Positions 1 through 9,398 of a stretch of DNA of 64,000 bases are shown piece after piece. Location: the NCBI GenBank assembly GCA_041659505.1, contig JBAZYF010000003.1, positions 150,026 through 214,025 of the forward strand. The letters run 5' to 3'. The DNA is from Parcubacteria group bacterium. Its GTDB lineage: Bacteria; Patescibacteriota; Minisyncoccia; Moranbacterales; UBA2206. The notes under the pieces are model-generated. The model ran no database searches, had not been told where the DNA came from, and saw nothing but the letters and a program-made list of their open reading frames with translations. The position numbers and the translations under genes are program-made. The first letter of the stretch is position 1; every line of letters starts with the position of its first letter.

Positions 1-161
1 GTTTTTTTTGGATCAATTCCTGTCTTGATATGCACCTCAACTGATTCGTCAAACTTAGCGATCTTATTATCCCGCACAAGTTGCAAAGCCTCTTCCAAGG
101 AATAGCTTTTTTCTTTGTCTAATTTTTCCGCGACTGCTCGATACTTTTTTCCGTGTGTCAT
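1..161 (-). CDS. rplA: 50S ribosomal protein L1 (5' part; runs off the window)
   Basis: Manual translation from ATG at 161: MTHGKKYRAVAEKIDKEKSYSLEEALQLVRDNKIAKFDESVEVHIKTGIDPKK, the L1 N-terminus; lies downstream of rplK. Confidence 0.95.
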   Translation of the reverse strand, partial: MTHGKKYRAVAEKLDKEKSYSLEEALQLVRDNKIAKFDESVEVHIKTGIDPKK

Positions 162-170
162 ATGATTTTT

Positions 171-200
171 GTGGTTCAAGCGATCAAGCGATCTCCCACT
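171..200 (-). promoter_or_regulatory. Putative L1-binding autoregulatory leader
   Basis: Minus strand reads AGUGGGAGAUCGCUUGAUCGCUUGAACCAC: a GUGG/CCAC helix with a GGGAG...GAA internal loop just before the rplA start, resembling known L1 mRNA sites. Confidence 0.65.
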
Positions 201-243
201 GGTTAAATATTTAGTAAAATTAAAAAATAATTTTTATAGTTTT

Positions 244-281
244 GGGTGGAAAATTGTTTTTTTGGTTAACAATTCCCACCC
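244..281 (-). terminator. Hairpin (terminator-like) between the inserted ORF and rplA
   Basis: GGGTGGAAAATTGTT...AACAATTCCCACCC inverted repeat with A/T flanks. Confidence 0.45.
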
Positions 282-319
282 GGTTTTTGCAATGAGCATG
301 ATCTGCTTTGTTGCCCTTA

Positions 320-589
320 TCAGTCATGCAATTCACCCATCCATTCATCATCATGGTCTGGTTTTTTTCTCCAGGGATAATATCCAAAAACACTTTTGAA
401 ATAATCCCCCGAGAGCCAAATGTATCCCCCGGTATATCCGAAAATGACAGATATTATTATAAAAAACGCAATGGGATTCTTATTAACCACAAGGAAGTAA
501 TGCGATGACAGCCACGTGAACACAAAGCCAAAAAAAGCATATACGCCAGCCACGACCCAAAATCTAAACCTCAGTCTACTCTCTAACAT
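320..589 (-). CDS. Small 2-TM hypothetical membrane protein between rplK and rplA
   Basis: ORF with two hydrophobic segments; GGGAGGTG SD before ATG at 589. Confidence 0.6.
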   Translation of the reverse strand: MLESRLRFRFWVVAGVYAFFGFVFTWLSSHYFLVVNKNPIAFFIIISVIFGYTGGYIWLSGDYFKSVFGYYPWRKKPDHDDEWMGELHD

Positions 590-627
590 GAGCACCTCCC
601 TATTTCAATGTACTACGTTATATAAAA

Positions 628-1053
628 TTACCCTTCAATCTTCACACCCATCGAACGCGCGGTTCCGGCAATGATTTTTTCTGCCGCTTCCACATCATTC
701 GCATTCAAATCGGACATTTTCTTTTCTGCGATTTCTCGCAGCTTTGCCGCGGTAATCTTACCAACCTTATCTTTTAATGGATTACCCGCGCCTTTTTCCA
801 CACCTGCCGCTTTGCGCAGAAGATCTGACGCTGGAGGAGTTTTTAGGATAAAATCAAAACTGCGATCTTCATAGATTGTGATTTCCGCTGGGATAATATC
901 GCCCATCTTGTCTTTCGTCGCGTCATTGAACTTAGCGCAAAAATCACCGATATTGATTCCGTGCTGTCCCAAGGCTGGTCCGACTGGAGGCGCTGGATTA
1001 GCTTTCCCTGCCTGAATTTGTAATTTAACAACTGTCTTTATCTTTTTTGCCAT
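628..1053 (-). CDS. rplK: 50S ribosomal protein L11
   Basis: [21 protein letters not shown]...GTARSMG signature. Confidence 0.99.
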   Translation of the reverse strand: MAKKIKTVVKLQIQAGKANPAPPVGPALGQHGINIGDFCAKFNDATKDKMGDIIPAEITIYEDRSFDFILKTPPASDLLRKAAGVEKGAGNPLKDKVGKITAAKLREIAEKKMSDLNANDVEAAEKIIAGTARSMGVKIEG

Positions 1054-1071
1054 AATGGTAATACTATAAAA

Positions 1072-1617
1072 TTATAATTTATGAATCTGCAAAAAGTCCA
1101 ACTCAACTGGTGTTTCGCGACCAAAGATGGAAACTAAAACTTTCACTCGTCCCTTTTCTTCGTCCACCTCATTGACTTTACCATCAAATTCTTTGAACGG
1201 TCCATCGATAATCTTGACCATATCCCCTGCCTTCACATCAATCTTATACTTAGGCTCGTCCACACCCATCCGTTTTTTGAGCATCTCGATTTCTTTCGGA
1301 TCAACTGGTGTTGGCGTTGTGCCCAGACCGATAAAGCCAGTCACGTTCGGTGTGTTTCGCACGACGTACCATGAAGCGTCCGTCACGATCATATCGACGA
1401 GAACATAACCAGGATAGATCCGCTCTTCAATCACAGTGCGCTTGCCCGCTTTAATTTTAATCTTTTTCTCGATCGGCACCATCACATCGAAGATAAATTC
1501 CTGCATATCCATCGATTCGATCCTCTGTTTCAAATTACGCGCTACATTGTCTTCGTAGCCGGAATAGGTATGGAGCACATACCATGATCTTCCGTGATGT
1601 TGTGATTGTTTTGCCAT
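1072..1617 (-). CDS. nusG: Transcription termination/antitermination factor NusG
   Basis: WYVLHTYSGYE, PGYVLV, VRNTPNVTGF, KOW domain GPFKEFDG...IFGRETPVEL. Confidence 0.99.
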   Translation of the reverse strand: MAKQSQHHGRSWYVLHTYSGYEDNVARNLKQRIESMDMQEFIFDVMVPIEKKIKIKAGKRTVIEERIYPGYVLVDMIVTDASWYVVRNTPNVTGFIGLGTTPTPVDPKEIEMLKKRMGVDEPKYKIDVKAGDMVKIIDGPFKEFDGKVNEVDEEKGRVKVLVSIFGRETPVELDFLQIHKL

Positions 1618-1656
1618 TGTTTTTTCTAAAACTAAACTTAATTAATAAAAAATTGC

Positions 1657-1842
1657 TTATTTTAAGATAAAGGTCTTCAGAAGATACTCAAAAACAAAAT
1701 CGAGTCCGCCGAGAAAAAACGACAAGACGATACTGATCCCGATCACGGTCAAAGTATAGTTGATGGTTTGTTTTTTTGTCGGCCAATTCACCTTCTGGAG
1801 CTCCGATTTGGCTTCTTTCAAAAATTGGACAAGTTTGTTCAT
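1657..1842 (-). CDS. secE: Preprotein translocase subunit SecE
   Basis: ELQKVNWPTKK motif plus one TM; conserved secE-nusG order. Confidence 0.97.
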   Translation of the reverse strand: MNKLVQFLKEAKSELQKVNWPTKKQTINYTLTVIGISIVLSFFLGGLDFVFEYLLKTFILK

Positions 1843-1863
1843 AACGATTTTTTAAGCTTTTTT

Positions 1864-1885
1864 AAAAGCCCTTTGGGGCTTTTTT
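1864..1885. terminator. Bidirectional-type hairpin upstream of secE
   Basis: AAAAGCCCCTTTGGGGCTTTT. Confidence 0.4.
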
Positions 1886-2002
1886 GTAGTGTTTTCATCG
1901 TATATCATTTTTGATTTTTTGTCAAATACGTCAAACTATATAATAAAAAATCTCCCGGACTGTGATAGCCGGGAGTATCTAGTATAGTATGCGCATACGG
2001 TT

Positions 2003-2188
2003 CTATGCGCCAAGTGGACCTCGTTCATGATAAGAACAATTTGGGTTATCGCAACTGCGAAACCTACTCCACCCTCAGATATACTTGTCAAACATAACCA
2101 CTTTTCCCGTTCTGCATTCGGGACAAGGCACATCTGTCCGTTCAACATTTCGGGTACCTGGGCCTAATTCAAAATATCTTTCCCGCAT
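2003..2188 (-). pseudogene. Small zinc-ribbon protein interrupted by an in-frame TGA
   Basis: GAGGAGGT SD then ATG at 2188: MRERYFELGPGTRNVERTDVPCPECRTGKVVMFDKYI*GWSRFRSCDNPNCSYHERGPLGA; the two Cys pairs lie on either side of TGA at 2075-2077. Confidence 0.6.
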
Positions 2189-2206
2189 AGACACCTCCTC
2201 TTTGAT

Positions 2207-2452
2207 CTATGAAAGTTTTTTTTGGCAACAGCATTGTAGTGGCAAATGCCTTACCAGGCCGTTGTCTTTTTCAAAAAGACACCAAACGACATCCGTGCCC
2301 GCTCCATTAGGCGCAACACCAACAACGATACCAATATCGTCACATTTAGCGACTATTTCTTTGGGCATATAGCCAAGCTTCTGGCAGGCTTCCGATGAAG
2401 GATCTACCATAACTCCCGCACAAACCGTTTTAAAGAACTCTTTCACTGGCAT
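2207..2452 (-). CDS. Hypothetical protein
   Basis: 81-aa ORF with a strong GAGGAGG SD; no recognisable family. Confidence 0.6.
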   Translation of the reverse strand: MPVKEFFKTVCAGVMVDPSSEACQKLGYMPKEIVAKCDDIGIVVGVAPNGAGTDVVWCLFEKDNGLVRHLPLQCCCQKKLS

Positions 2453-2711
2453 ATTTCCTCCTCTCTCTTGGCTGTTTTTTTCAACAATTCATCCGTAATT
2501 AGATACATCCAGTCAAGCAAACATAAGCTTCTTTGTCAATTACAAAATTTAAATAAAGATTAAGCTTGACAAACAGCTAAATCAGTGCTACAATTGACTT
2601 TTATGTTAATACTTTCGTTTGTCTACTGCAACTCTCAAGTATCTAAACATAAAACATTTAATTTTTATGTTTAGAGCCTTTCTTTTAGGAAAGCCTCTTC
2701 CACAAATAAAT

Positions 2712-3935
2712 ATGTTTCAAAAACGCTATAGTCGCGCGACTAGTACTTCTTCGCGCAGAAATTTTTCCCGTCCCGCCGGACGGAGCAATGGCCCCATTCG
2801 TGGTGGTCAACGAGGTTTTCGCGGAAGCTTTATCAGTATTGATAAATTCATCAACAAAGCTGCTCCAGTTACTGATATCCCGGCAGAAGCCTACAAGCCG
2901 GAAACACCTTTCGCGGAAATGAAGATCAATAACCGTTTAAAGCAAATAATCACTCAGCGTGGTTATGAACTTCCTACCGCGATCCAAGATAAAACCATCC
3001 CACACATCCTTGAAGGAAAAGACTTGATCGGTCTGGCCAACACCGGCACAGGCAAAACAGCTGCCTTTCTCATTCCGATGATCAATAAGATGCTGGCCAA
3101 TCATGACGAGAAACTTTTGGTCGTCGTACCGACCCGTGAACTAGCGACACAGATCCAAGAAGAATATATCGCCCTCACTCGAGGTCTTAATCTTTTTTCC
3201 GTCGTCATCATCGGTGGCGCCAATATGCACCGCCAAGTTTCGCAATTGCGCTCACGCCCGAACTTGGTCGTCGGCACACCGGGACGTTTGAAAGATTTGG
3301 TGCAACAAAAAAAATTGGATCTTTCTCGTTTTTCCAATGTTGTGCTGGATGAAGCCGACCAGATGCTTGATATGGGCTTTATCAATGATATTAAATTCTT
3401 ACTGTCATTTTTGACCCAGAAAAAACAGACACTGTTTTTCTCTGCCACATTGCCACCGGCCATTGAACACTTGATCAAAGATTTTCTTGTTAATCCAGTC
3501 AGGATCTCAATCAGAAACCAGGCCACGCCCGCCCAGATCGATCAAGATGTTGTGCGTGTGAAGCAAGGTGAAGATAAGATTGAAATTTTACATAGCCTGC
3601 TTAATGAATCCGCCTTTCAGAAAGTGCTCATCTTTGCTCGCACGAAAAGCAGCACAGAAAAACTTTCCAAGATTCTTAGCCTTCGTGGCTTTAAAGCGGA
3701 ATCGATCCATGGCAATAAATCCCATGGCAAACGCCAACAGGCGCTCAAAATGTTCAAAGAAGATCGCGTAGAAATATTGGTCGCCACCGACATCGCCGCC
3801 CGCGGACTCGACATTCCTAATGTCAGTCACGTGATTAACTTCGATGTCCCCGCGACTTACGAAGATTATATCCATCGCATCGGCCGCACTGGCCGGGCGG
3901 ACAAAACCGGCATTGCTTTGACTTTTGTTTCGTAA
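2712..3935 (+). CDS. DEAD-box RNA helicase
   Basis: Q motif, ANTGTGKT, PTRELA, TPGRL, DEAD, SAT, ARGLD, HRIGRTGR; probable start MFQKRY at 2712. Confidence 0.97.
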   Translation: MFQKRYSRATSTSSRRNFSRPAGRSNGPIRGGQRGFRGSFISIDKFINKAAPVTDIPAEAYKPETPFAEMKINNRLKQIITQRGYELPTAIQDKTIPHILEGKDLIGLANTGTGKTAAFLIPMINKMLANHDEKLLVVVPTRELATQIQEEYIALTRGLNLFSVVIIGGANMHRQVSQLRSRPNLVVGTPGRLKDLVQQKKLDLSRFSNVVLDEADQMLDMGFINDIKFLLSFLTQKKQTLFFSATLPPAIEHLIKDFLVNPVRISIRNQATPAQIDQDVVRVKQGEDKIEILHSLLNESAFQKVLIFARTKSSTEKLSKILSLRGFKAESIHGNKSHGKRQQALKMFKEDRVEILVATDIAARGLDIPNVSHVINFDVPATYEDYIHRIGRTGRADKTGIALTFVS

Positions 3936-3955
3936 GTCTTATTCTAAGGGTAAAT

Positions 3956-3984
3956 GGCACCTCGTAAAAAGCGAGGTGCTTTTT
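3956..3984 (+). terminator. Rho-independent terminator
   Basis: GCACCTCG-TAAAAAG-CGAGGTGC followed by TTTTT after the helicase. Confidence 0.75.
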
Positions 3985-3991
3985 ATAATGC

Positions 3992-4144
3992 TTTAGGACT
4001 TACGCGTTTGCCGTGATAAGCTTATACTAGAGCCGGGATTAGCCGGAAATAAACTCACTGTTACTGATAGCTATCCTTGGAACAAGAAAACTTGCAAAGG
4101 CCACGCGGTCTGAAGGTTATCACGGCAAACGCGTAAGTCCTAAA
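3992..4144. mobile_element. MITE/REP-like element with 28-bp perfect terminal inverted repeats
   Basis: TTTAGGACTTACGCGTTTGCCGTGATAA (3992-4019) and its exact reverse complement (4117-4144). Confidence 0.65.
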
Positions 4145-4195
4145 TTTGTTTGACCAAAATATTACTATCCCCTAGACTTAAGTAAACAAATATTT

Positions 4196-5371
4196 ATGGA
4201 AAACTACGACGTCATCATTGTCGGGGCGGGGCCGGCTGGCAGTACCGCCGCTTATTATATTTCAGGTTTGAAAGTTTTAATCATCGACAAGTCTGATTTT
4301 CCGCGCCACAAAGCTTGCGGCGGCGGTCTGATGAGCAGTCGCGATTGGCCACTGGAACTCAAGAACTATGCCAAAATCAAAGATAAACTGACTGCTTATT
4401 CTTGCGAAACAATCAAAATTTATTGGAATTGTGAATACATCGCCAACAGACGGTTCAAACATCTTTTTGACCAGATCGACCGCTATGAGTTTGATAATCT
4501 GCTTCTCGAAGAGGCACTCAAAAAAAGCAACGTCACTTTTCTAAAATTTGATCTGCAAAAAATCCAAAAGGCTACCTTCAAAGGAAAAAATGGCTACACA
4601 ATTTCTGATGGTGAGCAAAGTATTTTTACCACCTATCTCATCGGGGCCGATGGCGTCCATAGCAAAATATCTAGATTTCTTGGTAACCCAAAACTAAAAA
4701 GGCACCAGATCGGCTACTGCCTGGAATGCAACATAACCTGTGAAAAAAAAGACTTGAATGTGCATGTAGTCGCCGGGTATAGGAAAGAGATTGGCTATGG
4801 CTGGATCTTTCCGACAGCCACCGGCTACCAAGTCGGCGTCGGCATAGTACGAAAACCCAAACACGCTTTGCAATATTATCTCGATACTTTTATCGCTTGG
4901 ACGATGGAAGAAAATATCTTGCCTAAAGAGCATGCGATTAAGAAAACTTTCGGCGGAGCATTGCCTCTGCGAGTGGTCAAGACTTATTGCACGGACAATA
5001 TTTTGCTCTGCGGTGATGCTATGGGACTAGTGAAAATGCTCACGGGCGAAGGCATCTATTATGCGATGCGCAGCGGAAAGATTGCCGGACTGGCACTTTC
5101 CGGCGATCGCACCAAACTTAAAAAAACCTACAGACAAAAAATGCGTCCGCTGATCTGGGACACATTCATCACGCCCCATATTCCGCCCAAAATTTTTACT
5201 ATCACTTTTTGGTCTACTTTCTTTGCCGTAGCCAAAGTTTTTGACCGGGCCAAATTCTTGCGCCCGCTCAATCTATTCATCGATTATTTTATGCGCCTCA
5301 CCATGCACCGGAAAAAATTCAAAGGTAAGAGTTACTACTGTGATGAAAAAATCGAAATTGAAAAATACTAA
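4196..5371 (+). CDS. Geranylgeranyl reductase-family FAD-dependent oxidoreductase
   Basis: GAGPAG, KACGGG, RYEFD, IGADG, GYGWIFP, GDAMG...TGEGI. Confidence 0.9.
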   Translation: MENYDVIIVGAGPAGSTAAYYISGLKVLIIDKSDFPRHKACGGGLMSSRDWPLELKNYAKIKDKLTAYSCETIKIYWNCEYIANRRFKHLFDQIDRYEFDNLLLEEALKKSNVTFLKFDLQKIQKATFKGKNGYTISDGEQSIFTTYLIGADGVHSKISRFLGNPKLKRHQIGYCLECNITCEKKDLNVHVVAGYRKEIGYGWIFPTATGYQVGVGIVRKPKHALQYYLDTFIAWTMEENILPKEHAIKKTFGGALPLRVVKTYCTDNILLCGDAMGLVKMLTGEGIYYAMRSGKIAGLALSGDRTKLKKTYRQKMRPLIWDTFITPHIPPKIFTITFWSTFFAVAKVFDRAKFLRPLNLFIDYFMRLTMHRKKFKGKSYYCDEKIEIEKY

Positions 5372-5377
5372 AATATT

Positions 5378-7201
5378 TTAATTCTGTTTATAGACTCGGA
5401 TAAAATTTCCCGGCCGATTGTCAATCAAAAGCTCCCAAAGCGGGGGGCTTTTTTTTGCCTCGATGAATTGCCCGATATAGCCCCAGCGCACCTGGCCACG
5501 CCGAGTCAAAACGAAATAAACATCATCGCGATTTTGATTGAGCACCTCAATCACTTTTTTTCGATTATCATTGCTGATATCGACACATTGACCAAAAACA
5601 AACGGGCAGACACCAGGATAATCCGCAATTACCGTCGCTTCTTTTTGGGCAGTGATTGCTTTTATTGCTTGCCCCGCTTCATATCCACCATAACCCCAGG
5701 AGCCAGTAACTAGATTTTCTTGAGGCAAAAAAGCATTGGCATAATTAAAATAAAACGGCCTTATGAACCATAGGCTGACCGCGCTGACAAAAATAATCGC
5801 AAAGGAAATAAGCACCTTGTTGAGCTTTTGAAATTTTTTATACTGCAAAAACTCCCAGATCCCTACTGTCGCAAGAAAAATAACCAGTGGAGTAAGAATG
5901 ATGCCATAGCGGATATTGACCAGCAAGTTTTGCATTGTTACCACAATCCAATAGAATAGCACAAAAGCCGAAAGCATAAAAACCAAGAAAGCAAATTGGG
6001 TCTTTTGAAAAACAGTTTTCAGCCAAATAAAAATGAGCGCGCAGAACACCAATGGCGTAAGGGAAAAAACCAGCGGACGCGCTTGCAGAATTAGTTTTTT
6101 CCAAAAAGACAAACTGATAAAAAAATCACTCTGCCGGGAATCAAATGGCACTGCCTCCAGATCCCACAGATTGATTTTGAACGCCCAATTGAAAAAAGCC
6201 AAAAGTGACAGTCCGGCGACAACTACCACGATACCTTTAAAAATAATACTACTATACCGTTTACATCGTTCCATCAGGAATAAAACCACACGGCTTTGCC
6301 AAAAAAACGCATCCGCTGCGATTGCCAGATCTGCGCTCAATGTAGTCCAAAAAATAAAACCCTTGTGATTAAAATTAATCACATCATCAAAAAGGTATTT
6401 GCTTTTCACGAAAACGGCCGGCATCAAAAAAGAAAATAGCAAAAATCCTCCAAAAATAATTGCCAGGTAGAAAAGCGCTAGGCGCAAAACTTTTTGGGAA
6501 AAAATTTCCTGACTTTCTTTTCTGGTTTCATAAGAATAAAGCAGATACGAGAGTAAAACAAAAAATAAAAAATATACCAGGATAAGGGCAATATATTTTG
6601 TTGCCAACGCTAGTCCCAAAAATAGTGTTGTAAGTGCGGCAATTTTCTTTGCATCCGTTTTTAAAAATAGCAGGTAAGCCAAAATTGCGGCTGAGCAAAA
6701 AAGCCAAGAAAGCGCATCGGGGTTCACAATCTGCGAAATGCCCAAGAGGATCGGCGAAAGCAGAATCAGCGTGGCTGACCAAAGACCGATCCAGCGATTG
6801 TCCGTCAGTTTTGCGATGACCCAAAAGAAAAAAATAGAAAATAGGCCATTGAAAATGAGCAGCGGAAGACGGTAAAGAAAATTAATTTTTTGAAATTGTT
6901 GCGGATCATAACTCGTAAAAACATCTCCCCGTTTTTTGATTTCCGCGCTATGATTTTTATCGAAAATCAAGCCCGGACCGGAAATGTAAGCCAGAGATAC
7001 TCCCGGTTTATCATTGATTCTGGTTTTTTTCCAATCCCCTTTTCCCATTGCGTGCCAATACTGTGAGATGCGACCCTGATCAATCCAGAAATGCTCGTCA
7101 GCCGTGTCAAATTTGGTCAAGTGATAGAGTCCGAAAGAAAAATACAAAATCAGGGCTAAACAAAATAATAGTCCAGTTTCTTTTTGCTCAGAATTATTCA
7201 T
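5378..7201 (-). CDS. GT-C fold (ArnT/PMT-like) membrane glycosyltransferase
   Basis: Multi-TM; TADE, INDKPG, SQIVNPD, LATKY motifs; start uncertain (7201 or 7216). Confidence 0.85.
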   Translation of the reverse strand: MNNSEQKETGLLFCLALILYFSFGLYHLTKFDTADEHFWIDQGRISQYWHAMGKGDWKKTRINDKPGVSLAYISGPGLIFDKNHSAEIKKRGDVFTSYDPQQFQKINFLYRLPLLIFNGLFSIFFFWVIAKLTDNRWIGLWSATLILLSPILLGISQIVNPDALSWLFCSAAILAYLLFLKTDAKKIAALTTLFLGLALATKYIALILVYFLFFVLLSYLLYSYETRKESQEIFSQKVLRLALFYLAIIFGGFLLFSFLMPAVFVKSKYLFDDVINFNHKGFIFWTTLSADLAIAADAFFWQSRVVLFLMERCKRYSSIIFKGIVVVVAGLSLLAFFNWAFKINLWDLEAVPFDSRQSDFFISLSFWKKLILQARPLVFSLTPLVFCALIFIWLKTVFQKTQFAFLVFMLSAFVLFYWIVVTMQNLLVNIRYGIILTPLVIFLATVGIWEFLQYKKFQKLNKVLISFAIIFVSAVSLWFIRPFYFNYANAFLPQENLVTGSWGYGGYEAGQAIKAITAQKEATVIADYPGVCPFVFGQCVDISNDNRKKVIEVLNQNRDDVYFVLTRRGQVRWGYIGQFIEAKKSPPLWELLIDNRPGNFIRVYKQN

Positions 7202-9044
7202 TTTTTTCTGGCTCATATTTGAAAATTTTAACATAATTTTTTGCTCTTTCATTGATTACCAGCTCCCAAACAGTATCACCATTTTCATGTAAATACTTAG
7301 CATTTATCATATCCCACATCCCTCGATACATGATCGCTCCACGGCGAGTTTTGACAAAATAATCCGGGATCGGCTCTCCCTCTCTTAGCTTGAATCTCCC
7401 GTTGCTTTTGCCCATGATACAAAGCCCCTTGAAAAAAGGGCAGTATCCATTATAATCAGTCCAAATCAATAGATTTTCGGCGTCAGGTAAACTATTGAGG
7501 TATTTTGCCGCTTCATATCCGCCATAGCCCCAGGCGTCCGTGATAATCCGGCTATTAGGAAGCAAATCACTGGCATAGTTAAAATAAAATGGCCTAACTT
7601 CCCAAAGGCTCCAAAAACTGATCAGCAAAATTCCTGCCGTTATCCAGTTTTTGTCAATTTTTTCCAACCGCTTCCAAGAAAATAACTCCCAGAGACCGAT
7701 GCCTGCCAAAAGCAGCATCAGAGGATAAAGCATGATGCTATAGCGAATAGTTACGAGCAAATTTTGCGCTAAAACTGCCGCATAAAATGCGCCAAGAAAA
7801 AATAAAATTAAAAAAATTATTTTTGCATACGCCAAATCTTTTACGCTTGCTTTTCCCAAGACAAACAAGCCTGCAAGTAAACTAAGCGGAGTTAGGGAAA
7901 AGATCAAAGGCATCATTTCCAAAATAATCTTCACCAGAAGCGCCTTGTCAGTGAACGTGGATGATTTTTCCAAATCAAAGGAAACATTTTTCATGAAAAT
8001 TTCGCCATATTCAGTTCCCAGACCCCAAGTAAAAAGGATAAACACGAAAAACGCCAGAAAAATAAACGCAAAAATTCGCGGAAAAATCACAGTCAGCACT
8101 CTCGTCTTTTTCATAAGCCCCAATAGTGTCTTACCTTTAAAAATAAGGGCATCAAAAAAAAGTAAAAAAACCATGCTGCTAATGACCCAAAGGACATATT
8201 GAAATCCAGCTAAATCTAAAAAAGCATCATACAAAAGAACCGGGCGGACAAATACTGCTGGAAGAAAAACAGCAAAAACAACCAGCGCTCCAATTATTGT
8301 CCCAAGATAGGCCACTAGCAATAGGCTAATTTCACGAACCGCAATTTTGCGTCTTACTTGCTCAAAATAAATATCGACGATAACCGTACTCAAAAGAAAA
8401 GGAATAAGAATTACCGCGCTATATTTGCTAAGCAATGAAAAACCCAAAAACAACGCGGAAAGAAAAATGAATTTTTTTTCTCTTGTTTTGAGGTAACCTA
8501 GAAAAGCAAAAATCGTTCCAGCGGAAAAAGACCAGAGCAAAGAATCGGGATTGACGATTTGCGAGATGCCCAGAAGGATCGGCGAAAGCAAAATGAGGAT
8601 CGTCGCCCAAAGCGCAATCCATTGATTTTCGCTAAATTTCCAGATAAGCCAAAACAGTACCAAGCAAAATAGTCCATTAAAAATCAAAAGTGGCAATCGA
8701 AACAGGAAATGCACTCGCTGGGTTTCTTGAGGGTCATATTTGCGCTCCACCGAATTATCAAGAAATAACCTATCTGCCGGTTTATCTTTAAAAAGAAGCG
8801 CACTTCCGGAGATATAAGCCAATGAAATTCCCGGCTTATCGTTTATATAGGTGCCCTCTAAATTTCCCTTTCCTAGGGCGTTCCAGTAACTATAGATGCG
8901 CCCATTTTCCGGGTCTTCATACATCCAATAGCGCTCATCGGCCGTTTCAAATCTTGCCAGATGCTGGAGTCCAAAAAAAAGATAAACAAAAAACGCTATC
9001 GCCAAAAAGGAAAATAGATAAATTTTATTGGTCATTTTTGCCAT
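7194..9044 (-). CDS. GT-C fold (ArnT/PMT-like) membrane glycosyltransferase, tandem paralogue
   Basis: Same motifs (FETADE, INDKPGISLAYISG, LLSPILLGISQIVNPD, PFYFNY, WGYGGYEA). Confidence 0.85.
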   Translation of the reverse strand: MAKMTNKIYLFSFLAIAFFVYLFFGLQHLARFETADERYWMYEDPENGRIYSYWNALGKGNLEGTYINDKPGISLAYISGSALLFKDKPADRLFLDNSVERKYDPQETQRVHFLFRLPLLIFNGLFCLVLFWLIWKFSENQWIALWATILILLSPILLGISQIVNPDSLLWSFSAGTIFAFLGYLKTREKKFIFLSALFLGFSLLSKYSAVILIPFLLSTVIVDIYFEQVRRKIAVREISLLLVAYLGTIIGALVVFAVFLPAVFVRPVLLYDAFLDLAGFQYVLWVISSMVFLLFFDALIFKGKTLLGLMKKTRVLTVIFPRIFAFIFLAFFVFILFTWGLGTEYGEIFMKNVSFDLEKSSTFTDKALLVKIILEMMPLIFSLTPLSLLAGLFVLGKASVKDLAYAKIIFLILFFLGAFYAAVLAQNLLVTIRYSIMLYPLMLLLAGIGLWELFSWKRLEKIDKNWITAGILLISFWSLWEVRPFYFNYASDLLPNSRIITDAWGYGGYEAAKYLNSLPDAENLLIWTDYNGYCPFFKGLCIMGKSNGRFKLREGEPIPDYFVKTRRGAIMYRGMWDMINAKYLHENGDTVWELVINERAKNYVKIFKYEPEKNE

Positions 9045-9171
9045 AACTATAAAAAAACGATCTCAATAGGTTTTTCAATTCTGTTTGTATCATATATCAA
9101 TTATTACCAGCAGTCCAATGAGTTTTTTCGCGTTAGTTTTATGTTTATGGCCAACTAGTGTATACTAAATC

Positions 9172-9351
9172 AGGACTTACGCGTTTGCCCGAGTCAGCCG
9201 TATTTTCTAAAAAAACGTGTCTGAGAATGCCTTTTTTCTTCAAAACTTTCCATTGGATGCCATCGATTGAGGGAAAATTTTGAAAAGAAAAAAGAGCGTT
9301 CGAGTTATTTTTTTAGAAAATACGGCTGCGAGGTGAAACGCGTAACTCCTA
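9172..9351. mobile_element. Second MITE/REP-like long hairpin of the AGGACTTACGCGTTT family
   Basis: Begins AGGACTTACGCGTTT and ends AAACGCGTAACTCCTA; the interior folds as a long imperfect hairpin (CAGCCGTATTTTCTAAAAAAA/TTTTTTTAGAAAATACGGCTG). Confidence 0.6.
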
Positions 9352-9398
9352 TAAATAATGGATTAGGGTAAATTTAAAATAATAACCGACGCTATTTT

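Noticed and set aside
1936-2148. 70-aa ORF from the track
   Set aside because: No SD; the alternative frame from 2188 has a strong SD and a Zn-ribbon pattern.
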